DNA of 64,000 nucleotides from Takakia lepidozioides (GCA_030704615.1 CM060732.1:26102001-26166000), one strand, 5' to 3'. Counted from the stretch's first letter, positions 49,871 through 64,000 are shown. Made by a program: numbers and translations. The notes: generated by a model not told the origin, from the letters alone.

Positions 49871-51589
49871 ATTTTGGAGTGTGGACATATGTGGCAAAAA
49901 CACAAGATGCGTAGACAAATTGCAACAACACTTCTAGCCATCATTCTTCGTATGTTATGATCTGGACAGTTTTATCTTGCAGCAGGGTGGATGGTTCATT
50001 CAAAAACAGTGGCATCATGGACTTGCATCGCTCGAAATCAATTTGGAAATCAATGGTTGCACAACAGGCTGGAAATCGTGGATATAGCACGCATTTTTTA
50101 CGAGGCATCTTTCCTAATTTCAAGGCTTCAAGATTTGGGACGTACGGATATTATCGGTGGATTGCCAGAAACTTCTTGGCGATCTTCACCTTCTAAAGCT
50201 TCACATGAAGAACACCAGTACACTTCACGAAATTATTTCAGGTTTCACATTCACGAAACAGTCCGCAACCCAAGTACATTTCAGTTCATTTGCAACGTAC
50301 AGTTACTGATCATGTATTCTGATGTGAATGCGTTCACTATCTGGTTTTGCTTTCATCGCATTTAATTTGCAGCATAGGCCCGTTGAGCGTACAGACAAAT
50401 GCTTAGAAGTTTGCAGTGAACACTAGGGTATGACACCTCTTTAATTTTTTTGATACCGATTTCAATTCTTCACATATGGGCCTCGACATAGGAGACGCAC
50501 TTAGATACATAGGGGATTGCATTTGGACTTAGATGACACTGGACAATTGGGCCAACAGCACGGGCTACCCTAGCGCTAAATCTAAACCAACGTGTGGCTT
50601 TTTGGGCAGCTGCCCCCGTGCCATCTGCTTTCGTGTCATCTCTTCGTCATCCACTGCATGAGCATATATTCTTGCGTTTTGCGCTCCTGAGTGCTTGGCT
50701 TTCCCTGCCTTTTGGCACATCTCATGCAAACAGACTTACTGCCCTCAACAAATGAAGGTCGCTTAACGTCTCTTCAACAAACACCCAACACAAAGTTTTC
50801 CCTTTAAATCGCTCCCACATTTTCCCCGGACCACTTCCTCTTCAGTCAGTTTGTCTTGCATGCATTATCTGTTTCAGCCAAAATATTCAATCCTGTAGAT
50901 CGAAACATTACCTTCGGCTGTGGCGTAAGAGAAAGAGACAAGCTAAGAAAAATGGCGAAAAAACTGGGCAGGGTCAGGGAACGATTGTTTACAACTAACA
51001 TTACGTGCTAACATATGTTAAGACTTTGGTGCGGCTGGGGTATTGTTAGTTGGAGCAACAGTTAGGAATTCAGGCTTGCTAAGCCATTAGCAAGCATACT
51101 ACGCTAGCAGCCTAGTGCGGCCGAGGTTTGTTCAACTTTGAGACCCTACGACTTTATGTGAACTTCATGAAATCAAGTACTTCCAAATGTGTTGGGATGC
51201 CCCCGATGTGGGGCATCTTATCCATTCTACCCGGGTTAAAAATGGTGAAAATTCATTGTTAGATTTCTCACCATCTTCAAATGAACGATCACAGATATGT
51301 CTACTACCCTAGGTGCCATCACTTGACTTTAAGAGGTGTTGTACGAGCCTAACTAGGGATAAATTGACCCAGGTTTGGGTTCAAGCCAAAGGTCAGACTA
51401 AATCTAACGGACCCAATTTAGGACATATCAAGAGTGTTGGTTGTCATTATAGTTGTCTGTTAAGTCAAGGAGATGGAGGGTGAGTTAGGCCAGTTTGGCC
51501 AAAAGACAGGCTGAAGTGCAATAAATGTCAAAAGAGTAGGTGAGCAAAATACAAGGAAAAATAAATAAAAAATAAACTCTAAGCCTCAC

Positions 51590-52900
51590 ATGCAAAAAGT
51601 GCTCGGTTGGCTTGGATACTATATTGACTCGCAACCTAGAGCTATGTATACAGTCTCCAGAGATAGTGATTCCATACATGGCACTGGCTTCTCTGTAACT
51701 AAAGATGGCATGCTTGTTTCGCCGACGTCAGTGAGTATCCCTAGCGGCATTGCTTGCTTTGACATAAGGGTTTACTCTTTGCTTTCTAGCAATCCTAACT
51801 CGATCCCTTGGAGTTGCAGCACTATAACAACATCTTCTGTTGGTTTTTAACTGCTCCTATTAAGCTGCTGCAGTTTGACCCAGGAGAGTGGGTGTGGATG
51901 AACAAGAAACATGACCCGTTTTTCACTATTGAGTTAAGTTTGGTTATAAGCTGCAGACGCCAAAGAGAGGCTTTAATAGGAAATGGAATCAAAAGTCTCC
52001 TTGGCAATCATATTCCCTGGAAGATGGTGTGGACTGACATCTGGAAAAAACATAGACCCTCGAAAGTGACCGGTTTCCTGTGCAAGGTAACAAACAGGAT
52101 ACTGCTGGTGGCTGCAAACTTCACAGATGCTCCCTCTCATTGTGTCTCTTGCAACCTAAATGCTCTTGAGGATTTGGAACATTGTTTGGTGCAGTGCCAT
52201 TTTGCCCGGGCAGTTTGGGACAAGACCCTCCTTCTTTACTCTTTTAGGTCATGAGATTTGGACTCCTCTCCATCTGTCTTATTGCTTAATGTCAATAATG
52301 ACATAATGCATAGCTTTGGGGTTGTTGAGAGGGATAATCCTGTGGCCGTTATGGAAAATGAGATGTTGTGTAGTGTATCAGAATTAAGAGAGGCCTCGTA
52401 TGCAGAGTGTGTTTTTTCTGGCTCACTCAGACCTTAGGTCTGATGCTCGCAGCATGGTCTGTACTTGTTGCAGCTCTTTCCAGGTGCAACAGCAATAGAA
52501 GAGACCAACTGCTTGCCTCCTTTGACAAATCCTGGGGGAAGGACTTCGTTTTCTGCAGAAAACTGTCAGACACAAGGATTGTGTAGGAAGACTCCGTCCC
52601 TGCTTGTTGGCAGCTCAACCAGCACTAAGCAAAAACACCTATGGAGGCTGAAGATTCAGAAGTAAATTGGAGGCATAAGCGTAATGGGTCTAGAAAAGCA
52701 AAATCTAAGGCCCAACTTACCTTTGAAGCTCTCAAGAGAATAAAGGGTAGTATGCAAGTTATAGCTAATTGGTGCTTGGATCTTTCCCTCCCCGATCTGT
52801 TGTTTGGAAGAGACTTTCTTTCCTACATTGGCTTTTCAGGAAGCTCACCAGTAGCTCTTGCTCTTGGTTTCTCTCTAAGTTAGGAACTTTTGTTAGTTCC
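51590..52900 (+). mobile_element. L1-type LINE 3' fragment (zf-RVT), degenerate
   Basis: WTDIWKKHRPSKVTGFL...CVSC...EDLEHCLVQCHFARAVW; boundaries approximate. Confidence 0.7.
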
Positions 52901-53336
52901 TTATCTTTGTCTTGCTTCCATCTCTCCCTAGCATCTGGACTTTAGGCTTGGAGTGATACCTCAGTAATGTGCCTTATGGCTTTCTGTAAGGTTATTTTTT
53001 CCTTACTTATCCTCTATAAAATAACCAGGGCTGCAATCCCCATGTTCTTAAATAAATTAAATTAAATAGTACGGAAATGAGCCATAAACCGCCTTTTCCT
53101 GTATTTGATTTTTGGCATTCTTCTCCGGGTTCGTGGGGCGGCATGGAACGAAGGGAGGGAGGGGGCCCACACTCACACGAGGCTAATAACACATGCGCAC
53201 TTGGTCCCTAGTTCCTCAAAGTGCCCAGGAGAGGCATTGTGGGGATGTCTGGCGGGGCGGAGGGGAGGGTGACTGGATAATTTTAATGTCCAAAAGGCTG
53301 CCAACGCTGATTGAGAGAAATGGTTTACACCATTCG

Positions 53337-53409
53337 TGGAGATGCGGGGTATCGATCCCCGTACCTCTCGCATGCTAAGCGAGCGCTCTACCATCTGAGC
53401 TACATCCCC
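53337..53409 (-). tRNA. tRNA-Ala (anticodon AGC)
   Basis: GGGGATGTAGCTCAGATGGTAGAGCGCTCGCTTAGCATGCGAGAGGTACGGGGATCGATACCCCGCATCTCCA, 73 nt, full cloverleaf. Confidence 0.98.
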
Positions 53410-53796
53410 TATACACTGCAATCGTGGAAGAGACTATTTTTGTATCAAAGAAAAGGAGCTGAGGTAGTGGAAAAGGAACTGTCACAGTTATTGTCGTTCC
53501 AGTGAACCCCTCTAACCGTTAGCCTGAGAGAATAGAGTGAGGCACAGTTCGGGACTTGGCTGCCTGTCCAGCGCAGGGTCCGATCTGTCGGGTTTTTGGT
53601 GTGCGAGAAAGAGGGGAGGTTAGATTTCTGCTGTTGCTCTTGTGCTTCACAGCATCCTCGCACTGGCGTATATTACAGTAATTTGGTCGTGGTCTTGTCT
53701 TATTGCGCTGTTTTTTTGAGCAGCAATTAGGACTGAGAGAGACAGGATTTACCGGCTGGGTATTGGCACTCTAAGAGGATTGGTGAGGGCACGGAG

Positions 53797-56700
53797 ATGG
53801 ACACAGGGAAGGCATTGGTGGAGTGTGGTGGGTTCTGGAAAGATCCACATTATCAGCGTGGGACCTGTGTACGTGCATTGCGTCAAGCCCTTCGCTCTTG
53901 GGCCCATGAAGTCAATCGTATGCCCCTGGATCATTGACCTGCTTCTTTGATTCTCTTGTACAGTATGTTGTGTGTTCTGCCCATAAAAGGGATTTTCTAA
54001 GTTCATCCATCAAAGAGCTTGGCAACATTGTTGTTTTTAACGTCGGGGATTTTGCGTTACTGCTCGCACCTGGCTTGCACTTAGAGGGAGTCCTGGGTCA
54101 CCTGATTCGTCGATAACTGAACTTGTTTGATCAACCTTGCTGCATCATGCAGAGAAAAATTAATTCCTTCCAGACAAATTGGTAAGATGAGTTTGAAGTG
54201 CGAATAACTGGTGACATTTCAATTCCGTTGCCTGCGAACTATTTTTTGCCTGGGATTCTATTGTTTGGAGAGGCCGCGTGAATTATGTCTGAATGGCCTG
54301 CAGCAGTATGACCAAGGATTATGTGGTGTTCTTATATTTGGCACAAGCCAGCCTCAAGGCTAGAGCCTCACACAATATATATACATCGTAGCTGCATTGA
54401 CATGCTCTGAAGGGTAGCTTTGGTGGGTGTTTTCCAACTGTTGAATGAACAGAAATGAAGAAGAGAGATATGGATCTCTCTACTGCCGTACAAAATTGTG
54501 CTCGACTGGAGCAAAGCCTCACACACAATCTCGATCCTGACAGTTTTCAGAGCAGCCGTATTGTTCCCCAATCTGTTTGTGTGACCTTCTGCCTGTGTCT
54601 TCATCTAAAACCCTGTTTATGTCTCCTTCTGGCTGTTCCTGTATATGCAAAGATTTCGTTGCGCTTATCTACCAGGATGCCAGATGTGACAAAGATTACT
54701 CAATTCAATCAAGATCTTATACATATGAAGAGGGCAAGGTTTTCACAGCCACGTATTTGAGAGACATGGGGGGGTTTCCACTGTGGACAGAGGACCAGAT
54801 TGCAAGCCTGTTGGGTGCAGCTGAATCAATCATGGCTGTTGAAGAAATGCATTCTTTTATGGTGTGCCCATTTGCTGCTTGATGGCCGCAGTTGTGAATG
54901 TTTAATTTATAGTTCTCATCAATTTTTCAAAGAGAAGATTGTGATTTCATTTTACTTGTACCAAGGGTGATGAGGGGTTTGACATGTGTCTTCGCCCAAA
55001 AAGTAGTGGTGGAGTGCGACACCTCCTAGAGTTCAGATACTAACTTTGGCGTACCACATTCATGCAACACAGACCCCTGGTTTTGTCTCTTAGCGTTCAT
55101 GGATAGAACTTAGACAGTTGCAAGTTACAGTTTCTTTTGCAAGAATGTGAGGTTGAGACAGTCAATGACTATGGCAGTCTGAAACTTCCTGTCTGTGGGT
55201 AGTGCCACTATGCCCTGCCAGCATCTTTTGCAATAGTGGACAAACCACCTGAAAGACTTGCACTTACATGGCCAGAATCTTGCATTTTAGGGAGTCTTAC
55301 ATCATTGAGCATGTGGGTTGGTATGTATGTGGTTGCAGGCAGAGCGCAATAGGGCAGCACTCGATGCATCTCTACTCCTGTTTGGCTCAAGGGGAGTTAT
55401 AAAGGTGCACCGCTTGCAGCCAGACTCAATCTCACATGCTCTGGAGCGTCTGTTAGTTCACTTTGTCCCTCAATTGGCTTTTTGGTTGCTAATAGGGTTC
55501 TTCTTACTTAGGGGACTGAGTATATCCACAGTAAGTCAGTCAGTCGTTTACTGTGGGCAGCCTCGTCACCAGGTTTAGAAATTTGGCAGTGGGGCAAGTC
55601 TTCATTAGAATTGTAAAGCATATGGTTGGGTTGAAGACCCGACTGAAGACATTTCTTACGTTATGAAGGTGCAATTCCATTCCTGAAATTGTTCAATCAC
55701 TATCCACACTCGTTATGCCCCACCCTTTGTTGAACCTGTTTTGGAGTCCTCTCAAAAAATCCAAGGGGCTGCACTGTTCACAAACTGTTGGTAGATGATT
55801 ATGCACAGAAAATGGAGTGTCCCCTCAGTTACTGAATGATATGCTTCTTGTTGATGACAATAGTGAATGGGTCGGAGTTAGTGCACTCTTCTATACTAAC
55901 AGGGAAGGATTACATTGTAACTCACACGAGTGTACTGGATGCAGTCACCCGATATATGTGTGGGGTGTGTGTTGCCACAACAACGAAGAGCAGGGTCCAA
56001 TGTGGAAAAACCTGTTGTGGTTAAGGCCATGTCTGATGGTTGGCAGCCCCGTTGGCCTGGTGACATGGGTGATCCATTCGAGCCATATACAGTAAACTTG
56101 ATTTGAACTGTCTCTTTGTTACCTCGACTATTGAATGCTGCAGCAAAGATCTGGACCCTTGTGGAGATAGTAATTGCATGCTTGCATTTGAGTTGCTTAG
56201 CATTTTTTGACTGTCCATGCGTTTGATGCTTGACATCTGTCTGTCAGTGGTCCTTGTCTCATGTACGGTCAATTTTTTATGAGAAATTCTACACTATGTA
56301 GTTGTCTAAGTCTTTTTTGAAGCTGTTCTCACTTGAACCAGTTTCTATGATGGGTGCAGCAATTGATTGAACAGTACCTCCACAGTGCTGTCTCCTACCA
56401 TGCCAGGTCTCCGTCTGTCATCTTTGTTGTATGTTCCACTCTCTTGCTGAGCCTCCTGTGCATAGTTCCTTCACATGTCTGTTCAATTTTGATGCTAAGA
56501 GCTATATTTGAAGTGTATTGTGCAAAATGAAGTTAACAACTGCAGTGTACAACTGTCAACAGATGTGAGATGTATTTTGTCCAGGGCATTGGAGCAATTG
56601 AGTGCTGCATTTTCTGCAGTCAGGAAGGCCACCAAATCTGCCATGGATGTTGCTTACATCCACACACTAGCAGCTGGAGCGGGATTGTCTGTAAAGGAAT

Positions 56701-57931
56701 ATCAACGTTTGCTTGAAATGTTCAACAAAATTGATCATGAGAACGTTGGGTGAGTATGGTTTCCTGAAACAAACTTGTTTTGACTTCTATGTCGTTGTGC
56801 AAAAAACTAAAAAAATCGAAAGTAAAGAATGAAGAGAGGCAGGATGCAGGATACTAGAAAGTTGTGCCTAAGGGCCATACACTCAGAGAATTTTGTACAA
56901 AAGACAGACTCACTCGTGAAAGTAGATGCTGACGACAATGGGGTGGGAACCTCAGAACAATAAGCAAGCAGCAGCTGATGGCAGCTATGAAGCGCGACAA
57001 AGACGTACTTTCTCTCCCCTTATATCATTTGCTTCACCAATAAATTTTTTTTAACTTCACAGATGTCCAAAATTCCATCAAAGTTGTACATTGGCCATAT
57101 CTGTGATGAATCCCAAGACCAGACATTGAATTGCAAACTGCAAGTGCAGATTGCTGCATTTATGCAATTGTCGCGGGCAAAAAACAAGGATGGCCGCCGT
57201 GAAACATTTGAGGGTGTCTTTAATAGGATTGACAGTGAAGGTCAGTTGTTTGACACACATCTTGTGATGCATTTTCCTTTCCTCCAAATGTTGACCTTCA
57301 GATACCAGGATGCCATTGTAAGTCATGAAATCCTAATGACTGTATTCTGTGTTTCTCTGTTTATCAGAGTCGAGAGAGAGGCTTTTAGTAAAGCTCTCTC
57401 CACAATGTTTTTTGGTCACCCCATGTTGTCTTGTCACGCCACCACAAAGCTACAGCTTGAATTCATTTGCACTAAAAAAACCCGATAGATGGATACATGG
57501 CTTGCATAAGTCACTTAGGAAGTGCACTATACACAGTATTTTTCTTCTTTAATCTGAGCACTTCACTAAAGCCAATTTATAAGGAAACTCCTTTTGCTAG
57601 GTTACGCTTAGAACTAGAAGTGAGCCTATTTCAAGTGTTGATGGAAAGTGAGCTGAACCTCTTCCTCTTCCTTAAAACAAAAAATCCGCTGACATGGATT
57701 ATTGATTGAGTTGATAGAACTCAAGTCAAGAGTGGTCTTTGTTATGCAGGGCTGGGTGCAGTGACCTGGGACGCATTTTTGCACTTCTTCTCAAGTGAAA
57801 GGTCGTTGACAGCCGACTCGGTCCTGAACCCAATGTGTGTTCAGCCCATGTGCACACAGCCCTTGTGTGTGCAAGCTGCTATGTGTGCCCAACCCATCTG
57901 CCCTGCTAGCATGTGTAAAATGGCTGTTTAG
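53797..57931 (+). CDS. Multi-exon protein with two C-terminal EF-hand-like motifs and a Cys-rich tail; 5' exons uncertain
   Basis: In-frame exons 56585-56750, 56956-57004, 57150-57240, 57750-57931 give MFNKIDHENVGTISKQQL and VFNRIDSEGLGAVTWDAF. Likely upstream exons 54676-54861, 55339-55404, ~56360-56406; tentative first exon at 53797. Confidence 0.7.
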
Positions 57932-58843
57932 AAGGGTAGGGAAGTTAAAAAGCACTAAACCTTTCCCTCAAGAACATGAAACCTGCACACCCATTTGGTC
58001 AGCACCACGAAAGGACCAGAAGGCAGTATGGGCCTGGAGGCACAGCCATCACCAGAATCACCCGTGCATGACAGTATATCTCCCGTGCTGAGATTCATTT
58101 GCCTACTGCAACAACTGATAACTGTGACTCCACAAAGTACTATCCTCTTGGAAATGCAGAACAAACATACTTCCTGAGGCCGAGGGGAAGGGTAATCCCT
58201 ACGAAAGCTGGTTTGACCCACGATACCTAGCCTAATTGTAGACTGGTTTAGTGTTGGTAAACAAAGTGCAGTGACCAAACACCAGCATCTGATCACATGG
58301 AAAGGCCACCTCTCCGAACTGTAGCAGTGTAAAGAACCTGTGTTGAAACTGGAATTTTTCTTTCAGGGGTTGATAGTCTTGTATTGAATCATTCTATTTG
58401 TTTGCAGACTTCCCAGCAAGTTATATAGGGACCATGTAGTTCAATTCTTCCCCCTCATTGCATGTAATCCTTCAGCTGATATGTAAGCAGAGAGTGTAGT
58501 TATTCTTTTGGCAAGTTCACATAACATTCATTCTATCATAGTGGGAGGTATTTGTTGACATTTTACTCTTGGAGCTACTACGAACCTTAATGGTCAGACC
58601 TACCACAAATTTTTTAGACTTACAGAAATGGCTGCCAGGATTCAGACTCCTGCAAATGCGCTGTCTGTGTCATGGTTGTGCCATTTCCTATATGTGTTGT
58701 GGACGCTGTTGCTGCATGAATCCACTGTCCTCAGACAACACAACACCCTCTCTTTCATACACAGAAAGAGACATACACTCTAACCAGCATATTGTTTGCC
58801 GTCGGCAAGCAAAATTCAGCTCTAGGTCATTTGCACAAGTCTC

Positions 58844-60396
58844 TCATTGCAAGGTTTTCACATACTGATCTAGCGTTGCATTGAAAAGCTCGCACCTGAC
58901 CAACCCACAATCCATATCCATGAAACGAGTCAGCTATGCAAGTAACTCCTCAAAACAGACCTCAATTCAGAAAACCTAGAGTCAGAAGGACATCCAAGAT
59001 GTAAGCAAACATAAAGCTTTGCATGCACAAAGTATCTGCAGTCCATCATCGCAGCACAAAGGCCAGTGAACAATTTCGTGAGCAGAAATTCTGCCATGGA
59101 AGATGCCGGGCCTGAATGAAGATTGGTTTCTTCATGGCAGTATAACTTACTTGAATGGCTGACCAGGTGTATATAGGGGGTTCTTCACCACATACTCAAC
59201 ATAGATGTTATTGTAAATGAATTTCATTGCTTCACGGAGATCCCCCATCCTAGGATCTGTAATCAGTATCAACTGCAAACAATGCATGCAAGATTACAAT
59301 ACAACCCTCACTACATTTTGCATGACGAGAATCAGTTTCGGAAGTGTTGACCTAACCAAACAGTGTTAAAGTAGATCCTCAAGATGAGAGGACTCAACCA
59401 GGTGACATACTACAAGGGAAACATGGCTACTTATGGCTGTCCAAGAGGAGCAGGTAATAACTCAGCATTGACAACTGACCTTACCTAAAGGATTAACTCT
59501 ATGTCATGTGTACTAAGCAAGAAAATGGAATCTTTCTTACCTCCTAGAAGTGCCGTGCAAGAGACGAACAACTACCAAGAATTTGTTGGTCTTTAGGGTG
59601 CAGCAGATTGTTACCTTAATACCAGATGGCGTTTCCATAAAGCTGAGTTTGTAGGTGTTGGTGCGAAAGCTGTGGAAAGAGCAACCTTGCCCTGGTAGAT
59701 TTGGTGCCCCTAAATTGCCCTTGTTGCCACTGGGAGTACAAGCAGAGGGAAGTTTTTAGAGAAACTACTCACCGAGTGACAATCCAGGGAAAGACATTGC
59801 AATACGATTGTTGACTTTTCCCCATCGAAAGTACTATTGCGCTGCGAGAGAGAGACAGAGACACAGAGTCCACTAATTTTGCAATGGCTCTTGAGTTCTT
59901 CCAACCATCGAACAATATTCTATGCTGCGTCTCTTCCTCACAGGCCAGCGGGCATATGACACGCCGATTGAATTATTTCACATACTGCCACAAGTTAGTA
60001 CCTCGCAACTGTACCTCTCCCCGAACAAAGCCAGAGGTGCTGATGGCAATATTTTGGCAGACACTTGGACAACTACACGGACAGGATAACAAAGAAAGGA
60101 AGGAAGGAAGAAGGAGGCTAACCCAATGTGTGACAGAGCGGATCAGACAACCCACGCACAGACAGGAAGAGAGCGACTAACCCGACAGGATCCATCTTGG
60201 CGGTGAAGGATTTGAGAGAGAAGAGAAGGCCGAACATGAGTTTCTGGTCCTGCTGTTGATTCAGCGTGGTGAGCGGCCGCAGCCAGACATGATAGTGCAA
60301 GCAAACTCCATTTCGGTTGAATACATATATGCACCGCATCCGCGGCGTGCTGGCATTATACGCCATCGCTCCTGCTCCACCCACCTTTACACTCAT
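58844..60396 (-). CDS. TRAPPC1: Trafficking protein particle complex subunit 1 (sybindin/longin family), 4 exons
   Basis: Exons 60396-60182, 59729-59615, 59272-59151, 58895-58844; YVFNRNGVCL, KLMFGLLFSLKSF, TNTYKLSFMETPSGIK, IYVEYVVKNPL. Confidence 0.95.
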
Positions 60397-60723
60397 GCTC
60401 TACTCCCTAACTTCCTCCTGGCCGCATGATTTGTATCACCCAACTGGAACCACCTGAGCCCAATGCAAAAGTAGAGAGACTGACCCCAGTCCCTGCCTCT
60501 CTCTCCCCGATCCCTCTGATGTTGACAGCAGATCCTTGTGCACACACGATCTTCCAACTCTTCCTCGCAGCACAGCACACCACAGATCAACTCAGTCTTT
60601 GTTGGCTTGCTTCTGATTGGTTTTGTTAGTGTGTTTCATTGCTATTAGTACCGATCGTGCCCAAGCCCTGTTTTGCAGAACGCTAAAAAACTAAACCTTA
60701 ATCACAGGAAGGGCCAAATGTTA

Positions 60724-61126
60724 GAGCATCTCCAAGGTGCCACGGCACTTGCCCCAAAACGGCAATCTACGTGCACGGGTCCAAAAAAGTAGGGCAGCTT
60801 GCTCCACGGTTGGCTCAGACCGGTAGAATTGCTCCCGGGCCTGCCTGAAATCTGCCTCCCGCCCAGCACTTTTGCCAAGGGGGAGCTGCCAACCACGGTC
60901 CATTAGATGTGAGTTATTTCTGAGTTAATGAGATATGATGTTCTCGGTCAAACCGGCCAAGATCGTGATCAAGCGGCCGGCCTACCTAAGTGCTATATCT
61001 GCCGGTCATGTACCGTGCCAGCCATGGAGTGTCAGCCAACCAGTCCTTGTAAGAAAAACCGTCGCCCCGGTTTCCTTTCTTGGGTATATAACGTTTGACA
61101 TAGGCGGGCTCACCGTGGAGATGCTC
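60724..61126. mobile_element. Tourist/PIF-Harbinger-type MITE (403 bp)
   Basis: TIRs GAGCATCTCCAAGGTG and CACCGTGGAGATGCTC (1 mismatch), TTA target duplication on both sides, no coding capacity. Confidence 0.92.
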
Positions 61127-61547
61127 TTAGTACAAAACTAATCTCCTTGGAATCGGACCATATAGAAAGTCAGCTAACTTGGCCCCCTACCACCTCAAAA
61201 AAATTCAGAGAAATCCACCCTGGAAATTGGGAGACTATAACGATTTAGTGGAGGACAAAACAAAAACTGGGGCTTTATTCCCCTTTTGCTTTTAAAAAAA
61301 AACCAAACCCCAGCAGTTGTTTAGGGGAAAACATCCTGGTTTTCTTATTGAAAGTCTTAACATTACAAAGTTTTCTTTTCAATTATGTCTTGGGAGTGAG
61401 GTTGGGTAGCACCTAGCAAGCTCATGTGAGCATAAGTAAATGTTTGCATATTCTCAAGATGCATTATGAATATTCTATAACGAAACGATGATGTGCGAAA
61501 CTCAAAAACTTGCGAAACTATTCCAATTGTTCATATAAACACCAACC

Positions 61548-63230
61548 TTTTTTTTTGTTTGTTTTTTTTTACTAAACAGGGGACGGAGCCATGGGATAAA
61601 ATTTATTTATACTTATTGGAGGGAAAAAAAATTAAAACCCTCGGTTAAACCATGAGGCACACACACTGATGACAGTGAATGGCGAACCATACAACTTCTT
61701 CCGGAGTAATTTCGAGTCAAGCTATGCTTGGTAGAACAATTCTATCATTCTATTACTGCCTTAGTAATTGCTAAATGACCTTTGCGGTATGAAGCCTCTG
61801 CCACTTTATGATATGAAGCCTCAGATCCTGTATCATGAGAGATTGCAGAATAGGAAGTAGGTGCCAGCGAACTGCAAGTACTCATCAGCGAAAGTGGAGC
61901 CTAGATGGCTTGACTGTGTCCTTGATATGTTTCCAATTAACGTCCCTATCATACTCCGGCGATGCGATGGACTGCATAGCCGAGGTTGCACCAACCAGGC
62001 GGAGGCTGCTTGTTCCATTCACAATGGTCTAGTGAAGTGCTTGAACAGATGATGCTTCCAAGTGCCCAGGTAGATGCGAAGCCATGGTGCAATTGACCTA
62101 CGTTCCGAGGGACTTTTAGAATAGCAAAGCTCTTGCAGTTTGATCCATGTTTTTCTTGCTTCTATTAGAAGATCATAATAGCTTTTAATAGAGTTGAAAT
62201 AGAAGAAGTAGTCCCAGAGAATGTTCTGTTGCCTCTCGCCTTCCAAATGTGCCACAATGTAGCACATCTAAGGGCGTCAAGGACTGGGCAGTCCCTTGCT
62301 TTGTGCTTTGATGCTTGATCGTAGTTTAACAGGATATCAATGGGCCCCAAAGGTTGAGTATCCCAGGAACGGTAGAATCTTTTTACATACGGCCAGATTA
62401 CAGAGGGGGCCTCGCAGTACAAAAGGCAGTGTTCATGTGTTTCTACGGTTCTTGCCGAGCAGCATTTACATTGCAGAGCGTCATCGAACCCCAACCATTC
62501 TCCCACTTTCAGAACCCTATTTGCTACTCGAGGGCTACTTGCCATAGGAATGCTGAAAGCTTTGCAGGCCTCGTTTTTTACCATACTACTCTCCAGATAG
62601 TATCCCAACACTCGTTTTGGAAATGGAAATGACTCCATTTTTCATTCCATTTTTGCAGTAACGGTGTGGACCGGGACAAAGCCGTGTATCCTTTTTTGGT
62701 GGTGTAAGAAAAGAGGGCTCCGGGGCTCTGAGTAGTTTCCACGACCACTCTTTTGGATCGAAGTCTGATTCCGGCAAAGGTCTTCCCAAGATCCAAACAA
62801 AACGTTGGGAGGAGAGCCAAGAGAACAGAGGCTGGTTGAGAGGAGGTAATGGATTGATATCCTTCGTGGGAGATGACCAGCAACATATTGAGACTGGCGT
62901 GTGGGTGAACTGGGGATAGGTTTGTATCGGTCTTAGATAGATAGGGTCATTTTTTTTCATTTCATGTACAGCGGCCATGGGGCTACAAACTGGTGGGGTG
63001 GAGTGTGTAGGTGGCGAACCAGCTGTATTCCACGTGGATTGTACGTGGCTAGTACAGCTATGCTATGCTACGCATCATATTGTCACAATATGGCGACCAT
63101 ATATAACCAAGAAGATATTGCCATGGCAACACATGTTCAAAGCAGGGCAGATAAACCTCGAAGGGCCTTTATATTGCAGCAAAGTGGCTACCATAAAATG
63201 GCCAATGTCATTAATCTGGCTCCATACAAT
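61548..63230 (-). mobile_element. L1-type LINE 3' fragment (zf-RVT) with A-rich tail
   Basis: CKCC..ETHEHCLLYC..IW and TLWHIWKAR motifs; the T-run at 61548-61570 is a minus-strand poly(A)-like tail; 5' boundary approximate. Confidence 0.75.
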
Positions 63231-64000
63231 CAAACCTGGATAAATGTTACCTCATTTTTTGTTATATCATCCTAAATGTTATGGTTTTCTTACTCTGTAA
63301 AAATATACATTAAGAATGACAAAAAGAGTGTTATTTGTTTGTTATTTGTTATTGAATACCTACTCTCCTCTTTGTTAAGACACCTCTATAATTGTTACAC
63401 TCAATAAAATAATAATAATAAAAATGGTACTAGTATTCAAATTCAAATTCACTATTGAAATGGGCATTTGAACTATTGAAATGGCCAGAAGAACCCTCGC
63501 CCACTTTGGATGGGACACATGGCAATAACGAATTTTTTTTAATAAAAAAGGGGTGGACTTGAGAGGACGGAGGCCCTTGTACTCAAATTAAATAAATATA
63601 TTGCGTCTTTGGGCCCAAAAGGCACTGAGTTGCAGATGCGAAAAAACTCAATCTGAACTTGCAGAGACAACAGTGATGCCTCTTGCAATCTGAACATGTA
63701 AGGGGGAACTAATACTAAGCAACCAAGTCCAAAACGACTGTCTAGGCAGCATGCCCCAATGAAAATTGCCCAAATACCAAATGTCAACGTCTATATTTCT
63801 CTACACTCGCAGAGATGATGGAAACAAAGGGGCTCTTGAATCTGCCCTCCAGCACGAAAGGAACTCTGTGAATCTAAGCAGAGACACCATAACGGCCATG
63901 GGTCACCGCAGACATGCGCCATCGTGATCTCTGCAAGTTTGACATACTCCGGGAATGCATGAGTTAGTACGCGAGATGCGAATAGTTCTCCAAATCTTTG

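Noticed and set aside
49941-50365. Short ORFs as possible missing SPEF2 5' exons
   Set aside because: No minus-strand frame resembles a CH domain and splice sites are unconvincing

Overview
Eukaryotic nuclear DNA, most likely from a land plant with flagellated sperm (bryophyte, lycophyte or fern; inferred from plant-type actin and heparanase exon structure, a SPEF2-like gene and a Replitron-type HUH element). Host genes, left to right: a WRN-type DEDDy 3'-5' exonuclease (-), a GH79 heparanase-like gene (+, 9 exons), actin (+, 4 exons), a ~30 kb SPEF2/CPC1-like sperm-flagellar gene (-), tRNA-Ala(AGC), a two-EF-hand protein with a Cys-rich tail (+) and TRAPPC1/BET5 (-). Retroelements are concentrated in the SPEF2-like introns: two RTEX-like LINE families, about 15 tiny 3'-tail-only insertions (several with clear target-site duplications), and three copies of a structured tRNA-like SINE with UUCG hairpins. 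Upstream of that gene is a ~1.8 kb imperfect palindrome of two convergent Replitron HUH-endonuclease halves cut at the same point, next to an unidentified ORF. L1 fragments and an intact Tourist-type MITE complete the window. All calls are by eye; no searches were run.
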